Positions 61,705-64,000 of a stretch of DNA of 64,000 nucleotides are shown here, in pieces. The stretch's first letter is position 1. Every line of letters starts with the position of its first letter. Origin of the DNA: Cyanophora paradoxa CCMP329 (taxonomy: Eukaryota; Plantae; Glaucophyta); contig QPMI01000428.1 in assembly GCA_004431415.1 (NCBI GenBank), positions 372,001 through 436,000 of the forward strand, read 5' to 3'. The notes beneath the pieces were generated by a model. That model was not told where the DNA came from. It made no database searches and saw only the letters and a program-made list of their open reading frames with translations. The translations under genes were made by a program, and so were the position numbers.

Positions 61705-64000
61705 ATGCCGGGCGATCGGGTCGAGATCTCTGCCGCCGGCGGGCCCGCGGGCGCGCAGCCGGCCGCGGCACCGGTCCCGTGTTGGGCGGTGTCCAGGGCT
61801 CGTAAGAACGCGAAGCGGGCGGCGGCCTCGCTGCGCGGCCACGCTGCGCAGATCGGGCGCAAGCTCAAGCAGATCGACGCCGCCCCGTCGGCGGCGGGCG
61901 AGGCTAGCGCTCGGCAGCCGCAGCCGTCCCCTGGGCCCCGGCGGCAGCCGCGGCAGCTGCGAGAGCAGGAGCCGAACGCCGGCGCCGGCGCTCCGTCGGG
62001 GGGCGGCGAGGTCAGCGCCGCGGCCGCGCGCACGACCGGGCTAGCCCTAGCCCCGGAGGAGCCGGCCGCCCACGGCGCTCGGGGCGCCAAGCGCGCGCGC
62101 GCGATGGACAGGCTGGAGGGGCTGCGCCTGGCAAACCTCGCCACCGGCGGGCGGAAGGGGCGCCCGCGCGGCGCGCCCCGCACGAGGAGCGCGCCCGCCG
62201 ACGCGGGCCCCCGCCCCCGCCCGAGCCCGCCCTCTGCGCGCCGGCGCGGCCGCTCAGCACGAAGAGTACGCCCCCGGCCCGCCCGCCCGCCCCCCGCCCT
62301 TCGCGCCTGCCGTCGCCCGATCTCGCGCGGGTCCGCCGGCAGGCCCGTTCGTGCGGGCGGAGCTGCGGGCCAAGCACACGTTCGGGTTCCCGTCCTTCGG
62401 ACCGGTCCGCTGGGACGGCCAGACGATCTTCGTGCGCCGCGCGCCGCGCGCGCCCCCTCGCTCCCCCGCCGGCCCCCTCTGCGTGACCGCCCACGACTGT
62501 ACTCCCCGGCGCAGCTGCCCGGGGGTATCGTTCCAGAAGGGATGACGGGCCCGCCGGCCCGCGAGGCCGAGCTCTACGGCTCCGAGCTGGGCCTGGGGCT
62601 CGCGCCGCGCCCCGTCGCCACGTGGGCCCTGCGCGCCATCGAGGGGGCCTTCCTGGGGAACCCCGCGGGGCCCCGGCACGCGGCAGCGGTGGCCATGCTC
62701 TCCATGGCGCCCCACCGGCACGCGGCCCTCGCCTACAGCCTTCCCGGCGGCGGCGGCGACGTCGACACGCGCTACCTCGCCGAGGTCGAGCGGCCCAGGG
62801 TCCGGCCTCCCTCCCCGCCCCGCGCCCCCCGCGCCCGCGCCGCCCCGCCCCGCCGAGCCGCCCGCGAGCGCAGGGCAAATTCCGCCCCCTCGTCGAGCCG
62901 CTCCCGCCCGGCTGCGCGAAGGGGCAGGAGGCGAGGCACGACTTCGTGATGGGGCGCGAGTCGGACAAGTCCTGCCTCCGCTTCGGCACCGAGGTGGCCG
63001 CCGTCCACCTCCCCGGCCTCTTCGCGGAGGGCGAGGCCGCCCGGCGCCTCGCCGCCCTCGTCGCCTGCGGCGCCCCTGCGTTTCCCTTTGCCGTCAGAGG
63101 GGCCTCGAAGCCCCACGAGAACGCGGAGCTCGTGCGTCCGTCCCCGCTTCTTGTTCTACCCCCATCCCCCCCCCCCCCTCCCCCATCCCGCCCCTCTGCC
63201 CCCCCCTGGGCTCATTCGGGATCGGGCGGGCGCAGGACGAAGCGCTCCTGGAGGCGGCGGCCGAGGCCGGGCGGGCGGCGCTGGAGACGGGCGCGCTCGA
63301 GGTCATGCGGGACAAGCTGGCGGAGCTCGAGCGCGAGGGCTGGCTCACGCGGCCCGCCCCGAACCCGAAAAAGCGGGCCCGCAAGGAGGGGGAGGGCGAG
63401 GGGGAGGGCGGGGCGGACGAGGTGCGCGGCGAGCGCATCACCACGGGCTGCCAGCGCCTCAGCGCCAAGGTCCCGACGCCGGTGCGCCCCCGGCCCTCTC
63501 TGAGCCTCTGCATCTAGACCTCGCCTTTCACCCCGCCCCGCCCCGCCGCAGCCCGTCCACCGGCCTCGCGCCCCTCGCTCACGCGCCCCTCAGGTCGTGC
63601 TCAACATGCAGTTCGGGCCGGATCCGAACGCGAACCGGCGGCTGCACCTCTTCAACTGGTACCTCGGGGGGGTCCTGGAGTACCTCTTCCCTGCGCTCTG
63701 CGCCGTCAACCTCTTTGCGGCGTGCCAGATGGCCCGTGTCGCCTTTGCGCTTCTCGAGCGGCAGCCGTACAACTACGGTCCGCCCCCTCGAGCCCGCCCG
63801 CTCCCGCCTCCGCCTCCGCCCTCATGTGCGGGGGGCGCGCAGGCTTCTGGTCGCTCCATTGGACGAACGGGCCGGAGAGGTGCGCCCGAGCGCGCCTCGG
63901 GGCCGCCGCGAGCGCCGGCGCCGGCGCTCACGTCGCCGCGGCCGGGCCGGGCAGGGTCACGCCGCCGCACCGGGACGCGAACGACGCGCGGGAGTCCTAC
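61705..64000 (+). CDS. multi-exon hypothetical protein, runs off the window end
   Basis: Exons bounded by gtgcgc/gtccg...gcag read GPFVRAELRAKHTFGFPSFGPVRWDGQTIF, LPGGIVPEG..., DEALLEAA...PNPKKRARK and VVLNMQFGPDPNANRRLHLFNWYLGGVLEYLFP. The start codon is uncertain and no family was recognised. Confidence 0.6.

Noticed and set aside
1-64000. Hundreds of Arg/Pro/Gly/Ala-rich ORFs in the supplied track
   Set aside because: Shadow frames of very GC-rich DNA, often with GTG/TTG starts. The real genes are spliced.

Overview
Eukaryotic nuclear DNA from a GC-rich, intron-dense alga or protist (GTGCGC/GCGCGC...GCAG introns). The organism cannot be fixed from sequence alone, and most of the supplied ORF track is GC shadow. 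Contents from left to right: (1) gene A (+, 1527-16475), a roughly 4,000-aa secreted protein with degenerate beta-strand/helix repeats, three HYR-like repeats and a C-terminal bacterial-type choice-of-anchor A domain; (2) convergent gene B (-, 33178-17360), a similarly giant membrane protein with four ~2.5-kb five-exon repeats joined by Gly/Ser/Cys micro-exons, PKD-like domains and a TRP-like multi-TM C-terminus; (3) four MITEs in 1.8 kb (two TA-flanked, two hAT-type with 8-bp TSDs, one nested); (4) a 5'-truncated LINE (17-bp TSD, poly-A) carrying an unexpected extra ORF 3' of pol; (5) a mitochondrial-type PNPase gene with four S1 domains and an AT-hook, whose introns contain a 177-bp satellite and about ten duplications of their own splice junctions; (6) a scrambled CenH3/H3-variant pseudogene; (7) the 5' part of an unknown gene. 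Exon structures were traced by eye, and protein sizes are estimates.
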